In this document: in pieces, positions 37,269-50,705 of the stretch | How the letters are laid out: every line of letters begins with the position of its first letter | How positions within the stretch are numbered: the stretch's first letter is position 1 | DNA from: Takakia lepidozioides | Lineage: Eukaryota; Plantae; Bryophyta | DNA: 64,000 nt | NCBI GenBank assembly: GCA_030704615.1 | Contig: CM060732.1 | Span: forward strand, 55,862,001-55,926,000 | Reading direction: 5' to 3' | Program-made: the position numbers and the translations under genes | The notes under the pieces: generated by a model | Told to the model about the DNA's origin: nothing | What the model saw: only the letters and a program-made list of their open reading frames with translations | Databases searched by the model: none

Positions 37269-39129
37269 TTCCCATTATACACGTTGATGGTCTTCAACGA
37301 GTGGCTTAACGGTATACCAGTTGCGTACATCATATGCGATGCTGTGAGCGGAACAACAGACCTGGTGCGGGGATGGCAGCCTTGCGGGACTCTCTCCTCG
37401 CAGAAATGCCGGACTGGCGACCCAATGTCTTCATTGTGGACGATGCTGACGCCGAAATAAACGCCATTACGTAAGTTTCACGTACCCTCCTGTACACTCG
37501 CGTGCAAGTCCGTCGTCTGCGTCCATGTCTGTCTCTTCGGCAAGTATCCTGCCATACAACGCAGTCCTGGCCTGCAAGTCCGAGCCATTCATTTCTGCAA
37601 GTCTACTGGCAAACCAGTCCGCTGATAATGTCCTCTAGCGAAGTCCGCTGGAAGACTCATTTGCGCAAATACACTGCAAGGTCAGTCTGCTCGGGTGTGC
37701 TGCCAGCAGCGTCTGGGTAAGTCTGCTGCCGGTCTCCTAAGGGCACGTGCGTCTCATGGCAGGTCAGAGTGGGCGAGTCTGCTGCCTGAATCCATTTGGA
37801 ACAGACGAGCAGACCAGTCAACTAGACAGTCTACTGGATTAGTGCCCAAGTCCCCCGGCCAAGTCCTCTTTGAAGTCTCTATGTAGGGATGTGTACTGTG
37901 GCAGGGCTGTTTTTCGAGGAGTGCTAATTTTTCATGTGCTTTGGCATGTCCGGCGGGCTGGGGTGAAGCAATCATGCACGAAAATCAAAGATCTTATCAC
38001 TGCCGCAAACTTGCTGAAAGATATGGGAGACCTCATGTACTGTAGAGGTGGACCAATCAATCCCAAAGAAGGTCTTGCATAGGTAGCAACAACGCTCCGA
38101 CGCATGAAAAAGAAATATCCGAATGGGCATGAATTTCTGGACTACATCGATAAGGAATGGCGTCCTAAAATAGCAATGTGGTGTACAGCAGCTCGCCATG
38201 TTCCGCATACTAGTCAAGACACCAATGCTAGCATTGAGGCATACCATGGAAACTTAAAGGCAAGACTGAGGATGGGGAAAGGCAAAATGACTGGGCTTAG
38301 AGTGGATTGGCTCATATGGGAACTCATAGGCCGTGTGCTAACACACACTACTGGTATGCAATTCACCTGAAGAAGAGCACGGATTCATAAGGAATGACAA
38401 ACAGAGAAGTACATGTCCAGTTCTGTGCTTGCGGCATGCGATATCCTAGCTTGCAATGTCACTCTTCCGTTCCATCCTGGGCAACTAGCCTATGTTCTAA
38501 GCACCAATCACCCAAACACAATTTACATTGTTTACAACCCCGGATGCGAATGGGCTTCTTGCACTTGCCCATGGGCAATGAAGGGCAATTTGTGCAAGCA
38601 TCAAGTCCAAGTCCTGAAGTTGCTTCATCCACACTTGCAGGATGGACTCATAGCGCGCGCTTGTGGCACGGCGCTGGGAACCATTCATGGAGGAGGATTG
38701 CATAATTGTTTAGGGTTCATGCAAGTGTCGGCGACGAAGAGGGTTTGGGAAATGCAACAGAGGGGCCCTTCCACAGATGACTTCCCCTATGATGCGGAGC
38801 CTGTCCTCGTACCATCCTCCATGGATGAAGAATTTGCAGACATACTTCGCATTGTTGGGGACGACAAATACCTACATAAACATGTTGATATTCTCGCCAA
38901 GAGTGCTGTAGGAATGCTGCACCCTGCGACAGCAAAGAGCTTCCGTCCTGTAAATGACAACAACAATATGTCGCTGAAAAGGAAACGGAATTTCGTTGAG
39001 GCATGGAAAACGCGACCCTGGGTCTTATGCAAAACAGGGAAGAGGGTTGGTGCCCCAACACCTGCAGCACACATATACTCCACAATCCGGAGGAGTCGCA
39101 GACCGGATACCAGTTTTAAAGTAGAGTAG
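37269..39129 (+). pseudogene. MULE transposase, frameshifted and apparently lacking its 5' part
   Basis: FPLYTLMVFNEWLNGIPVAYII, WRPNVFIVDDADAEINAI, LWHVRRA, FLDYIDKEW..DTNASIEAYHGNLK and SWIM finger CTCPWAMKGNLCKH. Intron at about 37471-37904. Stops and frameshifts present. Confidence 0.85.
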
Positions 39130-39953
39130 GAAATATAAGAAATGGTACAGTATCATTCTCCCCATGAAGTAAAAATTTGGCGGTCTGATTGCATGTGCAC
39201 TAGACTTCCAACCTACTTGCCAACCAGCCTGGTAAACCAGTCTTCTTGCGTCTGAACCAGTCTGCTCAACCACTCTTCTGGTATCTGAACCAGTCTGCTG
39301 TACCAGGCTAGGACTCAGTCTTCAAACAGTCTGCTGTGTCAGCCTTCTCCTGAGCAGACCAGTCTCCCTGTTCTGAACGTGTCTGCACCTGGCTGATCAC
39401 TGAGCCTCATGCGGTCTGCCCATCAGACTGGCCATTCTCAGCACGGTGGACTCTCATTACTCTGCTGACCAGACTTGGCAGTCTACTGGCCAATGCCATC
39501 CGCCTGTACTATCCCACTCCGGTGACTCTCGACAGTCTGCTCACCAATGTAAACTCATAGTTCCCAATTGCATCTGCCAGTCTGCCGGACTGGTCCCAAC
39601 TCCTCAGTCTGTCGGACTCTCGTCAGTCTGGCAACATTGCCATCTGTCTGCTCACAAGCCTAGGCATACCCTCTTCCCGTACTTTGGTAGTCTGCTGACT
39701 CTCGGCTGTTTGCTGACCAGTGGACTCCCTTGGTATGTTAAACAAAATGATTGTGTGTGCAGAGATAAGTCTGCTTAACAACATGCAGTGAATTGGTCAC
39801 AAATCTACAGCCACTACTCCACACTGCACTCATATGCGACCAATAGGATGTATATGCAAAGTCATATTTTATTTCGTTGCAAATGCTTAATAGCATGCTT
39901 ACATGACAAATGCGTCCTATGGTGCACCTCTAATCTCGGACCCAGATGGATAT

Positions 39954-40377
39954 CTATGAGGATATTGCTTTCTCAGCAGCACTCAAACCAGTCAAGATGT
40001 ACTTAAGACATTGCATCCGTTGGCCAAGTGCAAACTTGAACGTAAACCAGTGTTTCGTGAAAGGTACTCCTCTCTCTGCCCTTTTAGAAGAAGTTCGAGT
40101 ATGCCCAGTTTGTAGCCATTCATAATATCCTTGGATGAAGGACATGACATAAAACCCGCATTCCCAGCTGAATGGCTGTTGGGGCACTTCAGGCTGGTTG
40201 AACTGAAATGCCCCAACCTCCTCCCAACCCGGTGAATCAACACTGTAGCCTAAACACTCTGCATGCAGCTTTTGTATCCATGATAAAACATATGGGCAAC
40301 CATGCAAAGACTCGATGGAGTTCATGTGAGTGTAGCAGCCTTTCCGCACGTCAATGACAACAACACTCCAGTGCGCC
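39954..40377 (-). CDS. Ulp1/C48 cysteine protease catalytic exon carried by the MULE
   Basis: cag|AHWSVVVIDVRKGCYTHMNSIESLH ... VPQQPFSWECGFYVMSFI gives the HW, xNS (usually DS) and QQxxxxxCG catalytic signatures. Confidence 0.8.
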
Positions 40378-41897
40378 CTGCAAGACGAATCTCACGAGTC
40401 TCACGGCAGCAGTCCACTCAGCAGACCACTCCAATTGCCTCTCCAGCAGACTCTACAGACTCGTACATTGCACGGGTCCTTGTCCCACTACACTTAGCCG
40501 ACTCGGCAGAGTCACGACTCAGTAGACTCAGAAGACTCATCACTCAGCAGACTCGGCAAATTGAGCTGACTCAGGGCTGAGTGGGCAGACCGAGCAGACT
40601 GTCCTCACTCAAAAGACTGGGCAGATTTGCCAGACTGAGCAGACTAAACGGACTCAACCAGCGAGAGGCAGGTGTGAACGTAGTGACGTCATTCAAAAGA
40701 CTGGCCCGACACAACCGCAGCAAAATGGGCCGCGGCAAAACAAGAACCCAACCTACACACAGACCACGGCCTTGTGTGAAAACCCATGTACGCAACGATC
40801 TGAGCGGACTGACTCCATTCAACAGACTGCCCATACCGAGCGGACTAAGCGGACTCGCCAGACTCACCAGACCGAGCGGACTGAGCAGACTCACACTTCT
40901 GAGCAGACTAGAGTGACCAGACTCAGCAGACTGGGGGGACTACTCACTGGTGCATTTCTCGCTGTAGAACCACTTCCTTGTCCGTATCCAATGTCATTTT
41001 GCGGTCCTTGTTCATGAAGACAGCGGACTTGCCTTTCTTCGCAGGTTTCTTGGCAACATGACCCTCCCAAATTTCCTAAGTCTGCTCCACGACAGTCCGC
41101 TTCTTCGCTCTACTTGTGCCCAGGGATTCGGCGACTACTGTGGCCGAGTTCGATTCAGCAGACTGACGAAGTGATGCGGTCCTGCTTCGCAAACACGACT
41201 GTGTCTGCAGGCTTATTCACACTTGCAGGACCTGTATTGGCAGCCTCACAGGTCGCATGCGTTGAACTAATTTGTGCATCTGTTGGTGTTGTAAGTAAGC
41301 CACATTTTTAGGTTGTGGAACCAACGTGAGCAACATTGGCGGGTTGTGGAATTGCCTGGGAGGGAAACGGTGTCCTCAAATCCTGTAGGTACAACAGATC
41401 CTATCAAGACACAGAAATTGAACATAAATCTGAAATCACAGAGGTGGAAGACGGCATGGCACAACCTGTACGGCGTCGTTGGAAGGAAGCGACTGGGCAA
41501 ACTGCTCCCCTGCTTGAACGTCAGTCTATCTGTGCTGCTCAGAGCGGTTAGCCTGGTGCTCAGTCTATTGTCGAGTCTGGTGGACACTCTCGTGTGCGGG
41601 GGGAACGACATGTTGGCCCTTAGTCTGTCCATGTTCGGCATCGGTCTGCTGCTCAGTGTCCTCAGTCTGGCCAGTCTGGTGCTCAGTCTGCTCGCCGCTC
41701 TAGTCAGTCTGCTGTCGAGTCTGGTGGACACTCTCGTGGGCGGGGTGAACGGCATGTTGGCCCTCCTTCAGAGGACCATGTTCAGCGTTAGTCTGCTGCT
41801 CACTGTCCTCAGTCTGGTCAGTCTGGTGCTCAGTCTGCTTTTTGCTCTGGTCAGTCTGATGTTCAGCCTGGTGGTCACTCTCGTGGTCGGTCTGCTC

Positions 41898-44800
41898 TTA
41901 CAGGGAGGAGATCAATCTATAAACTTGCAAGTCAACTATGTCTTCAGGGTCTGATGCAGAAAAAGCTTGACTACCGCCGACATCTAAATTATCCGCGGCA
42001 ACTACATCGTCTAGTTCTTCAGTAAGGTCAATGATATGGGGTTGAGTTCCCATATTGCGATCAATCACGTAAGAATCATCTATAGCTTTCGCAAGCGAAC
42101 GAACCAAAACCGGGCTGAGCTGAATGGAAATAGTTGGCAGGCCATGGGTCACTGGAGAAGAATGGTTTACCGGTGCCCGGCTTATATCCTCAAACGATGC
42201 GCCAATATGTGAAGATGGCCCGGCGGCAAAAGAAGACTCTGTCAATGCACTGATAGAACTCCGCACAAATTCAGAGAGACAGGGTCCCGTTGAGGCCAGT
42301 GCAGCCGACTCTGTTCAACAAGCGAGGATCCGGACTGGTGGACGAAGTGTAGTTGGGTCCCCCGAGTCAGTGTGGTCGTGAATCTGACAGTCTGCAGGGC
42401 ACTATCATTGTGGTGACTGCTTTCAGTCTGCTCAATGGTATGCTGCACAGTCTGCTGGTGCACAGCCAGGTCATACGTCTGCAGCCCGGTCTGCTCATTG
42501 GTATGTTGGACGGTCTGCTTGATAATGACGTCATTGGTATGTTGCACGGTCGGGTGCAGATGCAGTCCTTCAGTCTGCTCGCCGGTCTGCTCATGAGTCT
42601 CCTCGTCCTCGGTGTGGCCTATAGTGCGCCCACTCTCCTGAACAGTGGCTGGGATAGTGTTGACAGTCTATCCATGCTCTTTTTGTTGCAGTGGGTCAGT
42701 CTGCTGAGCAATGGCGTCGTCAGCAGTCTACTGAACGGTGTCATGGAGTCCCTGTAACGCCAGCACAACATCTCGTGCACCTCTGGCAAAGGAATCGAAA
42801 GCACACTGCACGTGCTTGTCTAAATCGGACATTCCTGAAACAGATGAGTTGGACAAAGTGAGTCTGACAGGATGGTGGAAGAAAAGACCATGAACTTCAC
42901 AACGGTCCAGAAGAAGTCGGCATTACCTTCTAGGAGGTTGCCAATGAGACCAATATCTTGGATTTGGCGTCCCAAGCATGCTCCATCGAGATGGCGAATC
43001 GCTGGCATGCGGTTTTCAAATGGGGAGCCGCACCAAAGGACTTTGAACACATCCGGTCTGTTCAACACAATATTGAACACTGCTCGCTCCATTACCGCAG
43101 CAAACCATTGCAACGCCTCATCCACAACACTCTTCTTACCCGCATCCGAATCTGAATGAAACAAATACTTCCTCAAACTTTGCAGGTCCTTTACCAATTT
43201 ACTGTATGAACGGAAATTGCCGAACTGCATCCATCGATGGTGAAGGAAAGAATTAGCAATGCGATCAAAGTACTCTTCAGTAATTCCAAGCAAGTGCTTT
43301 CCCCGCACCCCAAAGGTGGGATGTGCCATGGGCATATGTCTGAGTTCCTAAGGCCGTGGGTCATCCATGAGGATTAATTGGACAAGCAGTGGCGGGGCAT
43401 TTTGGACCTTCGTGGCTGCCAGGGCCACAGAATGTGCGCTTTTGAGGACTTCATTCGCTTCTGCCATAGTAAATTCTATGGAATAATGAAAGGGAACAAA
43501 AGGCCACCGGCCATCCATGACAATGCGATGGAGCTCATTATACCAATCCACATTGGCATTGACTTCCCCCACCCTCAGACGGGCAAGTGTCAGGTCCACA
43601 GCTTTGGGATCAATGAGCGGCAATGGCGAGCGCCAAACTCCAAAAAGTCCCGTGGTGGTCGTGACAATGAGAGTCTGCTAGCTGGGAGTCCGCTGGACAG
43701 CAGTGTGGTGGATGGGCGTCTTTTTGGGTTGCAGTCTACTGGTTGGGAGTCTCCTGAATAGCAGTCTGCGGGCTGGGAGTCTGCAAAGCAGTCTGCTGGA
43801 TGGGAGTATGCTGGACGAGAGTCTGGTACACGGGAGTGTGCTGGACAAGACTGCGCTAACTGTGAGTCTAGTGGGAAAGAGTCTGCTAGGAATCTGCTGG
43901 ATGCCAGATTGGGTGAGGTCTGTGTCCACCGAGTCTGCAGTGAGTATGGTGTTGAAAGGGGAGTTGGCGCGTGCTTTGTCTGCAGAGTCTAATGCTGCTA
44001 TGGCGTTCGCTGAGCCAGGGTACTTAAACAAGATGTACTCCCGCACCCGCTCCACTTCCCGGCGCACCGCATTCACTGCTAAAGGAGGGTCGGAGCTCAC
44101 CGTCCGCCAAGCACCTTAGGCCTCCCGAATACTGGCTCGTTCATCCTGATATATAACAGAAAACCCAAAAACTCAGCATCGGACTCACTAGCAGCAGACT
44201 CACGAGCAGACTCAGCAGCATCGTGGCACAGAACAAAGGAACCAGCGGACTCCAGGGATTGACGAGCAAGTCCACAAGTAGGGGACTGACCAGCAAGTCC
44301 ACAAGCAGACTGACGTAGCAGACCGAGCAGGTAGACTGAACCAGCAGACTATATGACAACAGACACCAACTGTGGGGACAGACTGGGCATTACCTCGTCG
44401 TTGTCGACGACACAGACGTCCTCCTCATCTTCAAGGGAGCTCAACCAATTTTCCTCCGCTACTCGGATGGTTCTGCTGAGCTGTCCGGACTGGGCGAAAC
44501 TGTAGAAAAAACGGAAGAACTCTGGATCGTCCACTGGTGGGCACACCGATGGGAGAAGCCCAAATGGTATGAGGCGTAATGTGCCAGGACAGACTCCACT
44601 GGTAGTCTCTTTCGACTGGACTTCGTCCACGTGAACCCTCGACTGGTCAGGCAAGACAATGTCAACGGGAGATGAGACACCTCCCAGACTTGCAAATTCA
44701 TCATTCCGAATGATGTTTGCAGATGGCTCAGCAGACTGGCTCTCACTCAAAGTACTGATGGTCTGCGTCTGCTCGTCTCCCTGGCACAGCCCGTGACACT

Positions 44801-45321
44801 TCCCGACTGCCTTGGGGACGAGTCTGTTGTTGAGATTTCGCCCTCGCCTCCCGAGCAGACCTTGCAGCCTTTTCTTTTTCCTTCTTCTGGGCCCCATCAC
44901 TAAGTTTCCTTTTTCTAGGACCCACAGGCGATGGCGATGTCAGGTCATGCACATCTTGCATTGAAACATCCGAACCCACCCCATACCGTGCGCGCACCTC
45001 CGCCAAAGTGCGGGCCTTTGGGTTTGCGCCACGGAGTCTAGCGGTGGCCGCATTCACCACCCTCATTGAACTTTGAACTGGCCACGGCTTGAAGCCAGGT
45101 GGGATATAGCGCTTGTTTTTGCAACCCGTGTCAACACAATGGTGGTTTAGCTGCATTTTGTCCTTGATAATTTCACTACAGAAGGGACAGTGGAGCTTAT
45201 CCTTCTGCCAGTTGGAGTCTGCAGGCTTGATCTGGGCCTCCTTACCGCCATCGCCGCATTTATTGCGTCCAGCAGACTTAAACCTAATGACATAACGGCC
45301 AAACAGACCCACTGCAAACAA
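41898..45321 (-). other. Series of minus-strand coding-like segments of unknown function within the MULE (probable upstream exons of the Ulp1 gene or a third gene)
   Basis: ORFs 44743..45321 (CPFC-x12-HCVDTGC zinc-finger-like motif and basic PRKRK), 44349..44900, 43678..44100, 43348..43623, 42820..43335 and 41898..42266. Adjacent frames suggest frameshifts or introns. Confidence 0.45.
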
Positions 45322-45511
45322 ACTTGTGCAACAACAGACTGATTTCTAACAGACTAATATCCCAAAAGACAAAGTATCCCCTAGGCAGCCGGGTGATACG
45401 GGAGTAAACCGTAAACCGCGTCCAGCAGACTTACACGTGATAATAATCACGGCCCAACAGACCCAACACAAACAGACTTGCGTCACAATAGACTGACTTT
45501 GTGACAGTCCA

Positions 45512-46235
45512 TGTCGCACACCTCAGTTCGGTAAACTCCCCTTCAAGTCATAGTTACTCGCTTTGATGCGCGCGCCTGACTCCCAACCTGGCCGCCGGGC
45601 CAACTTGGAGTTTCGGCTGCTCACCGGGACATAACGGTCCCCTTCCGCTTCCCTCTAAACCCTCCACCTATTTGGGACTAGGAGAATTCCCTTTGGTAGA
45701 TGGCAGTCCGGAACAGCTCCCCACTCTTTGGTCGCTTTCCGGCTCGCTCGCTTACTCACTAGTTTTTGGTCACCAACGGGCTTGCACCGTTCTCGGGGTT
45801 ACTACTCCTTATATATACTTCTGTAGCTGTCCGCGGGGGTTTCATAACCAGCCATGCCATTTTATGGCGAACCACCACGAAAACCCTCGACTCCCGGTGG
45901 TGAGTCGCGGTGAGTCTTGGCCCACTCACCGCGGCCCCAATGGACCGTGATGAGTCCCAAGACTCCCCACGACTCCCACCTCGAGGTCTCCACCCCATGG
46001 TGAGTCCTATGCCACCCCCACTAAGTCCCACTAAGCTACCACCACCCCTTGTGGAGCCACCTCCACCGCAACCCGGTGTGCGGGGCTCCACCTAGTGAGC
46101 GCCTCCGCCTCCTTGAGTGCCTTGGGCACTCAAGGGTGCTTCAGCCCCCCATACCTATCGCTGCTGCTGCCCCCACCACAGGGGCAGCCCCTCATGTGTC
46201 CCGACCCCCTGCCCTCAAGGCAAAGGGCCGCGACA
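45512..46235 (-). repeat. 3' LTR
   Basis: Direct repeat of 51760-52483. I could see only 3 substitutions. Confidence 0.97.
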
Positions 46236-46250
46236 CACACCCCTACCAAC
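46236..46250 (-). other. Polypurine tract
   Basis: GTTGGTAGGGGTGTG immediately before the 3' LTR. Confidence 0.7.
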
Positions 46251-47141
46251 AGGGAGTCGATGTCCTCATCGACTTGTCCATTTTGTAGAAACGAACATCC
46301 AAGTTGTGGCGTCCCACATCAAGGAGTTTGTTTCCGTACCATGGCGTCCCATGGCAAAGAACCAAACCCCACACTTGACTCCACTCTCCACTAGCTAGTT
46401 CGGCCGACTTCCTCCAAGTCCCGGCCAAGGGTGGAGCCTCTCCAGCTCCTCCCAGTGCACTCTTCTTGGCCTACTTCAAGGCCAAGGAACGATCCTCCCC
46501 GAGGATCGAATCGCCTTACTGCAACAACATTGCTTGCGATCGCTCATGATGCCGCTTTTGGCATCACCTTGAGCAAGGGTTCACCTGGAACCCTCTTTGA
46601 CTAGGAAGATAACCTTGAACCAACCGTGCGCCCCAATCACTACAATTGGGTCCGCCTTGGAATGCTGGCCTGAGGTACGGGAACACGCCGAAGCCGCACT
46701 ACGACTTCGTCCCGAGGCTACACGATTATAGTACGTGAACGGAAGCACGTAGCTTCCGCGTTAGCCCGCACTACAAGGCAACCCCCTCGGTAGCGCAGTT
46801 ATAGTACGCGCACGCGCCAGGTGCGCACTAGCACTTGAACTCCCAAATAAGGCGCAAGTTTCCTTGCCCCTTGGATGGGAGTCACCCGATTTCGGCACTG
46901 CGCAAACACACGATTAACCCAATTTACCTCTCCCACTTTTGTAAGCTAGCATGCATTCTACACACCAGCCAACCACACCATGCATCGCCATTCCAAACAC
47001 AATAGGACGCACAATATTTGGAACCCATTTCCTTTATCACAAATTTTTGTACAATACAAGTTTTTGCAATCGGATTCCTGAGCTAGCTAAGCCGGGCTAA
47101 GCATGCATTTCCTCCCCCACGCTCCAAGGTTGATGTCCCCA

Positions 47142-50100
47142 TCAACGCTTCTTCCGCTTTTGAGGTCGCCCTTCGAACGCTGCAACTGCCTCGGATGCGT
47201 TTCCCATTTCTGAGGCACGCACCCAAGATGCCTCCACAAGATGATAGCCCTTCCATTTGACGAGATACTCCGTTTCTCGGTTCTTGAACCTCCTCGACTT
47301 AAGTATTGCCTCCACCTCGTACTCGGGTTCATTTTCATGATCCAACAGCATAGGTGGCGGACGCAACACTTGCTGCCGATTCGGACGTGCTTCATCTTTG
47401 AAGTAAGGCTTCAAAAGGGAGACATGGAATACTGGGTGCACCTTGCTGTTTGCTGGCAGTTCCAATTCATACACATCCTCATTCATAACCCTCCGAATGC
47501 GAAAGGGGCCCGCATACGGAGGTACGAACTTCGGACTCATTTCCGGAGGTAGTCGAAAATTCTTGATGTTCAACCAGACCTCTGTGCCTGCCTCAAACTT
47601 CACTTCCCTCCGCTTCCGATTCGCCTGCCTTTCATACCGTTTCCTAGCTTTGGCAATGTTGTACTTTGCGAGCTTCAACAAACGCTCGCGTTCTTCCAGT
47701 ACCGCCGCTACTGCCGGTTCCTCAACGTCCTGGGCGGCCCAACTTGTCGGCACCAGAGGTGCTTTTCCATAGACCAACACAAAAGGGGAAACTCCCGTCG
47801 CGGAGTGTTCTGTATTATTATAACAGAACTCTGCCGCGTCTAAGTGTTCCATCCAGTCTGATTGGTCTGTCGACACGTAATTCCGCAAGAATTGCTTCAC
47901 TACGGAATTCACTCTTTCCGTTTGGCCGTCCGTCGTAGGTCGGAAGGCGGTGCTCATCTTCAGCCTCGTGCCCATCTTCTTCCAAAGTGCTCTCCAGAAT
48001 TTACTCGTAAACTTTGGGTCGCGGTCCGAGACAATATCCTTCGGGACTCCATGATGCTTTAAGACGTGGGCGAAGTAAAGTCGCCCTGTCTCCTGCGCAG
48101 TAGCCGTCTCCTTGGTGGGGATGAAATGGGCCATTTTACTGAACCTATCTACCACCACCATGATTGCATCGAATCCTTTTGACAGCGGCATAGCAGTCAT
48201 GAAATCCATCGAGACGCTTTCCCAAGTCCCCTCTGGAATCGGCAAGGGTTGTAACAGCCCCGCTTGCTTTTTATACTCGCTCCGGTTTTGTTGGCATGTG
48301 GTGCATGTCTTAACATACTCCTCTGCCTCCTCCCTCAGTTTGGGCCAGAAATACTCTTTCTTCAAGAGTGCCGCAGTGCGCTTGGCTCCACCGTGGCCCG
48401 CAAGCGGGCTATCATGGCATTCTCTCAAGAGACTATCCCTGATCCCTCCCTTTGGCACATAGAGACGTTTTTGCTTATACCGGAGCAGTCCGTTTTGCAA
48501 GTGGAACTGCGATTTAACCCCCATTCTCAAGTTCTGCATCACGCACTTTGCCAGCTCATCCTTCCGGCAAGCCTTCCGGATCTTCCTTTGGAGCGCCGTC
48601 TCGCCCTTGTACACCAACAAGAGCTGCTGCTTTCTACTTAAAGCATCGGCCACCACATTGTCCCGTCCCGGTTTGTACTGGATATCCACGTCGAACACTG
48701 CCAAAGTATCTTGCCACCTAAGTTGTTTTGGGGATAACTTGGGCTGCGTGGCAAAATACTTCACCGTGACATTGTCCGTGAACACCTTCACTGGGTTGGA
48801 ACCAACATAGTGGCGCCAGAGTTCAAGGCAATGTACCACCGCCTTCATCTCTTTTTCGTGCGTCGGCCACCGTCGCTCCACTTCATTCAGTTTCTTACTT
48901 TCGTAAGCCACTGGACGTCCATCTTGCATAAGTACACCCCCAATTGCGAAGTCCGATGCATCTGTATGAATCTCAAACGGACGATCGAACTCCGGGATTT
49001 TTAAGACTGGAGCTTCCGTCATCCGCTGCTTCAATTCAGCAAAAGCTTGGCCACAAAATGTGTTCCATACCCAGACTTTGGATTTACACAGAAGGTCCGA
49101 CAGCGGCCCCGCGATCTTGGCGAAATTTCTCACATACTTCCGGTAATAGGAGGCGAGTCCTAGGAAGGATCGCACTCCCGGGACCGAAGTCGGAGGCTCC
49201 CAGTCCAAGATCGCCCTCACCTTTCTGTCATCCATTTTGATCCCATCCTGTGTAATCACGTGCCCCAAGAACTCCACTTTTGTGACCCCGAATTTGCACT
49301 TTGAAGCTTTGGCATACAGCTTCCCTTCTCGCAATTTTTGGAACACCCTTTTGAGGTGCTCCAGGTGCTCCTCCTTTGTTTTCGAGTACACCAAGATGTC
49401 GTCGATGTACACGATCACAAAGTCATCCAACCACTCCTGGAAAAGGCTGTTCATCAGCGTGCTAAATGTCGCTGGTGCATTGGTGAGCCCAAAAGGCATC
49501 ACCAAGAACTCATATGAACCATACCTTGTCCTGCACGCGGTCTTCTCCTCATCTCCTTCCGCCACCCGAATTTGGTGATAGCCGGAGCGCAAGTCGATCC
49601 GGCTGAAATACTTCGCTCCTGCCAACCGATCGAAGAGGTCGTCGATCCTTGGCAAAGGGTACCGGTTTTTGATAGTCACCTTATTCAGAGCCCTGTAATC
49701 GACACACATCCGCAGCGTCCCATCCTTCTTGTCTGCAAATAGCACCGGGGCTCCGTAAGGTGACTTACTCGGCCGGATGTACCCCTTTGACATTAGATCT
49801 TTGAGCTGAGTCTTCAGCTCGACCAACTCTTTGTGGCTCAACCGGTAGGGCGCCTTGGCAGGTGGTTCCGATCCCGGTATCACCTCAATTTTGTGGTCAA
49901 CTCCTCTTCGCGGTGGCAGACCGCTTGGTAAATCCTCCGGCATCACATCCTGGTATTTCTCCAAAATCCCCTTGATCCAATCTGGGCTCGGCTCCCCATC
50001 GCCTTCTCCTTTCACTTCTCTAATGTAAAGCAAAAACTGGGACTCGTGTGTCTCCTCCACGGCCCACTCCTTTGCTGATAGAAGGTTTATTCGCCCTCCC

Positions 50101-50705
50101 ACGGATTTGGGCGTTTCCGACACTCGTAAAACCTCGCCACCATTCCCACATGGCAGCGTGACTACTCTCTTGCGGCCATCTATGACCGCTCCGGATTTGC
50201 TCAAAAAGGTCATTCCCAAAATGAGATCCACTCCATCGATCTCGCAGATAGTGAAGTTCTCACGTCCCTCCCAACTCCCCAGTTGAAGAGGAACATCAAA
50301 CGCCAACCTTGTCGCCAACTGAGGTTCTCCTTTGGCAGAGCGCACCTCAATAGAGGCCCCCACGTCACTTGTCGGGGGTCCCAACTTTCGCGCCGCCGCC
50401 GGCGTCATGAAGGAGTGCGATGCTCCTGTGTCCACCAACAACGACACATTAGTTCCGGATATTATCCCATCCACGAACAATAACTGACTCCCTTTTCGTA
50501 AGGCGCCAGTTTCCTGATACAACTCACAAGAAAATTTGCCTACCTTGCAAGTCCTGGCGACCACCGCTTCCACCAAGCGACTGATGGTATCTTCCGACAG
50601 CTCCGTGGTCGCCCGAGTCATGTTCAATTGCCGGGGCTTCGTGCACTTCTTGGCCATGTGCCCGGGCTCCCCGCAATTGAAACACACTCCATCAAAGGTC
50701 GCCTT
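47142..50705 (-). CDS. pol: Pol polyprotein: zinc knuckle, protease, RT, RNase H, integrase, chromodomain
   Basis: [58 protein letters not shown] and [15 protein letters not shown]. The frame is uninterrupted. Confidence 0.96.
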   Translation of the reverse strand, partial: KATFDGVCFNCGEPGHMAKKCTKPRQLNMTRATTELSEDTISRLVEAVVARTCKVGKFSCELYQETGALRKGSQLLFVDGIISGTNVSLLVDTGASHSFMTPAAARKLGPPTSDVGASIEVRSAKGEPQLATRLAFDVPLQLGSWEGRENFTICEIDGVDLILGMTFLSKSGAVIDGRKRVVTLPCGNGGEVLRVSETPKSVGGRINLLSAKEWAVEETHESQFLLYIREVKGEGDGEPSPDWIKGILEKYQDVMPEDLPSGLPPRRGVDHKIEVIPGSEPPAKAPYRLSHKELVELKTQLKDLMSKGYIRPSKSPYGAPVLFADKKDGTLRMCVDYRALNKVTIKNRYPLPRIDDLFDRLAGAKYFSRIDLRSGYHQIRVAEGDEEKTACRTRYGSYEFLVMPFGLTNAPATFSTLMNSLFQEWLDDFVIVYIDDILVYSKTKEEHLEHLKRVFQKLREGKLYAKASKCKFGVTKVEFLGHVITQDGIKMDDRKVRAILDWEPPTSVPGVRSFLGLASYYRKYVRNFAKIAGPLSDLLCKSKVWVWNTFCGQAFAELKQRMTEAPVLKIPEFDRPFEIHTDASDFAIGGVLMQDGRPVAYESKKLNEVERRWPTHEKEMKAVVHCLELWRHYVGSNPVKVFTDNVTVKYFATQPKLSPKQLRWQDTLAVFDVDIQYKPGRDNVVADALSRKQQLLLVYKGETALQRKIRKACRKDELAKCVMQNLRMGVKSQFHLQNGLLRYKQKRLYVPKGGIRDSLLRECHDSPLAGHGGAKRTAALLKKEYFWPKLREEAEEYVKTCTTCQQNRSEYKKQAGLLQPLPIPEGTWESVSMDFMTAMPLSKGFDAIMVVVDRFSKMAHFIPTKETATAQETGRLYFAHVLKHHGVPKDIVSDRDPKFTSKFWRALWKKMGTRLKMSTAFRPTTDGQTERVNSVVKQFLRNYVSTDQSDWMEHLDAAEFCYNNTEHSATGVSPFVLVYGKAPLVPTSWAAQDVEEPAVAAVLEERERLLKLAKYNIAKARKRYERQANRKRREVKFEAGTEVWLNIKNFRLPPEMSPKFVPPYAGPFRIRRVMNEDVYELELPANSKVHPVFHVSLLKPYFKDEARPNRQQVLRPPPMLLDHENEPEYEVEAILKSRRFKNRETEYLVKWKGYHLVEASWVRASEMGNASEAVAAFEGRPQKRKKR

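Noticed and set aside
40571-42757. Leu/Ser/Arg-rich ORFs such as 41313..41954 that look like membrane proteins
   Set aside because: Produced by translation of the 12-bp AGTCTG arrays.
36600-45510. Repeat arrays as CRISPR-like
   Set aside because: Eukaryotic context, degenerate short units, no unique spacers and no cas genes.
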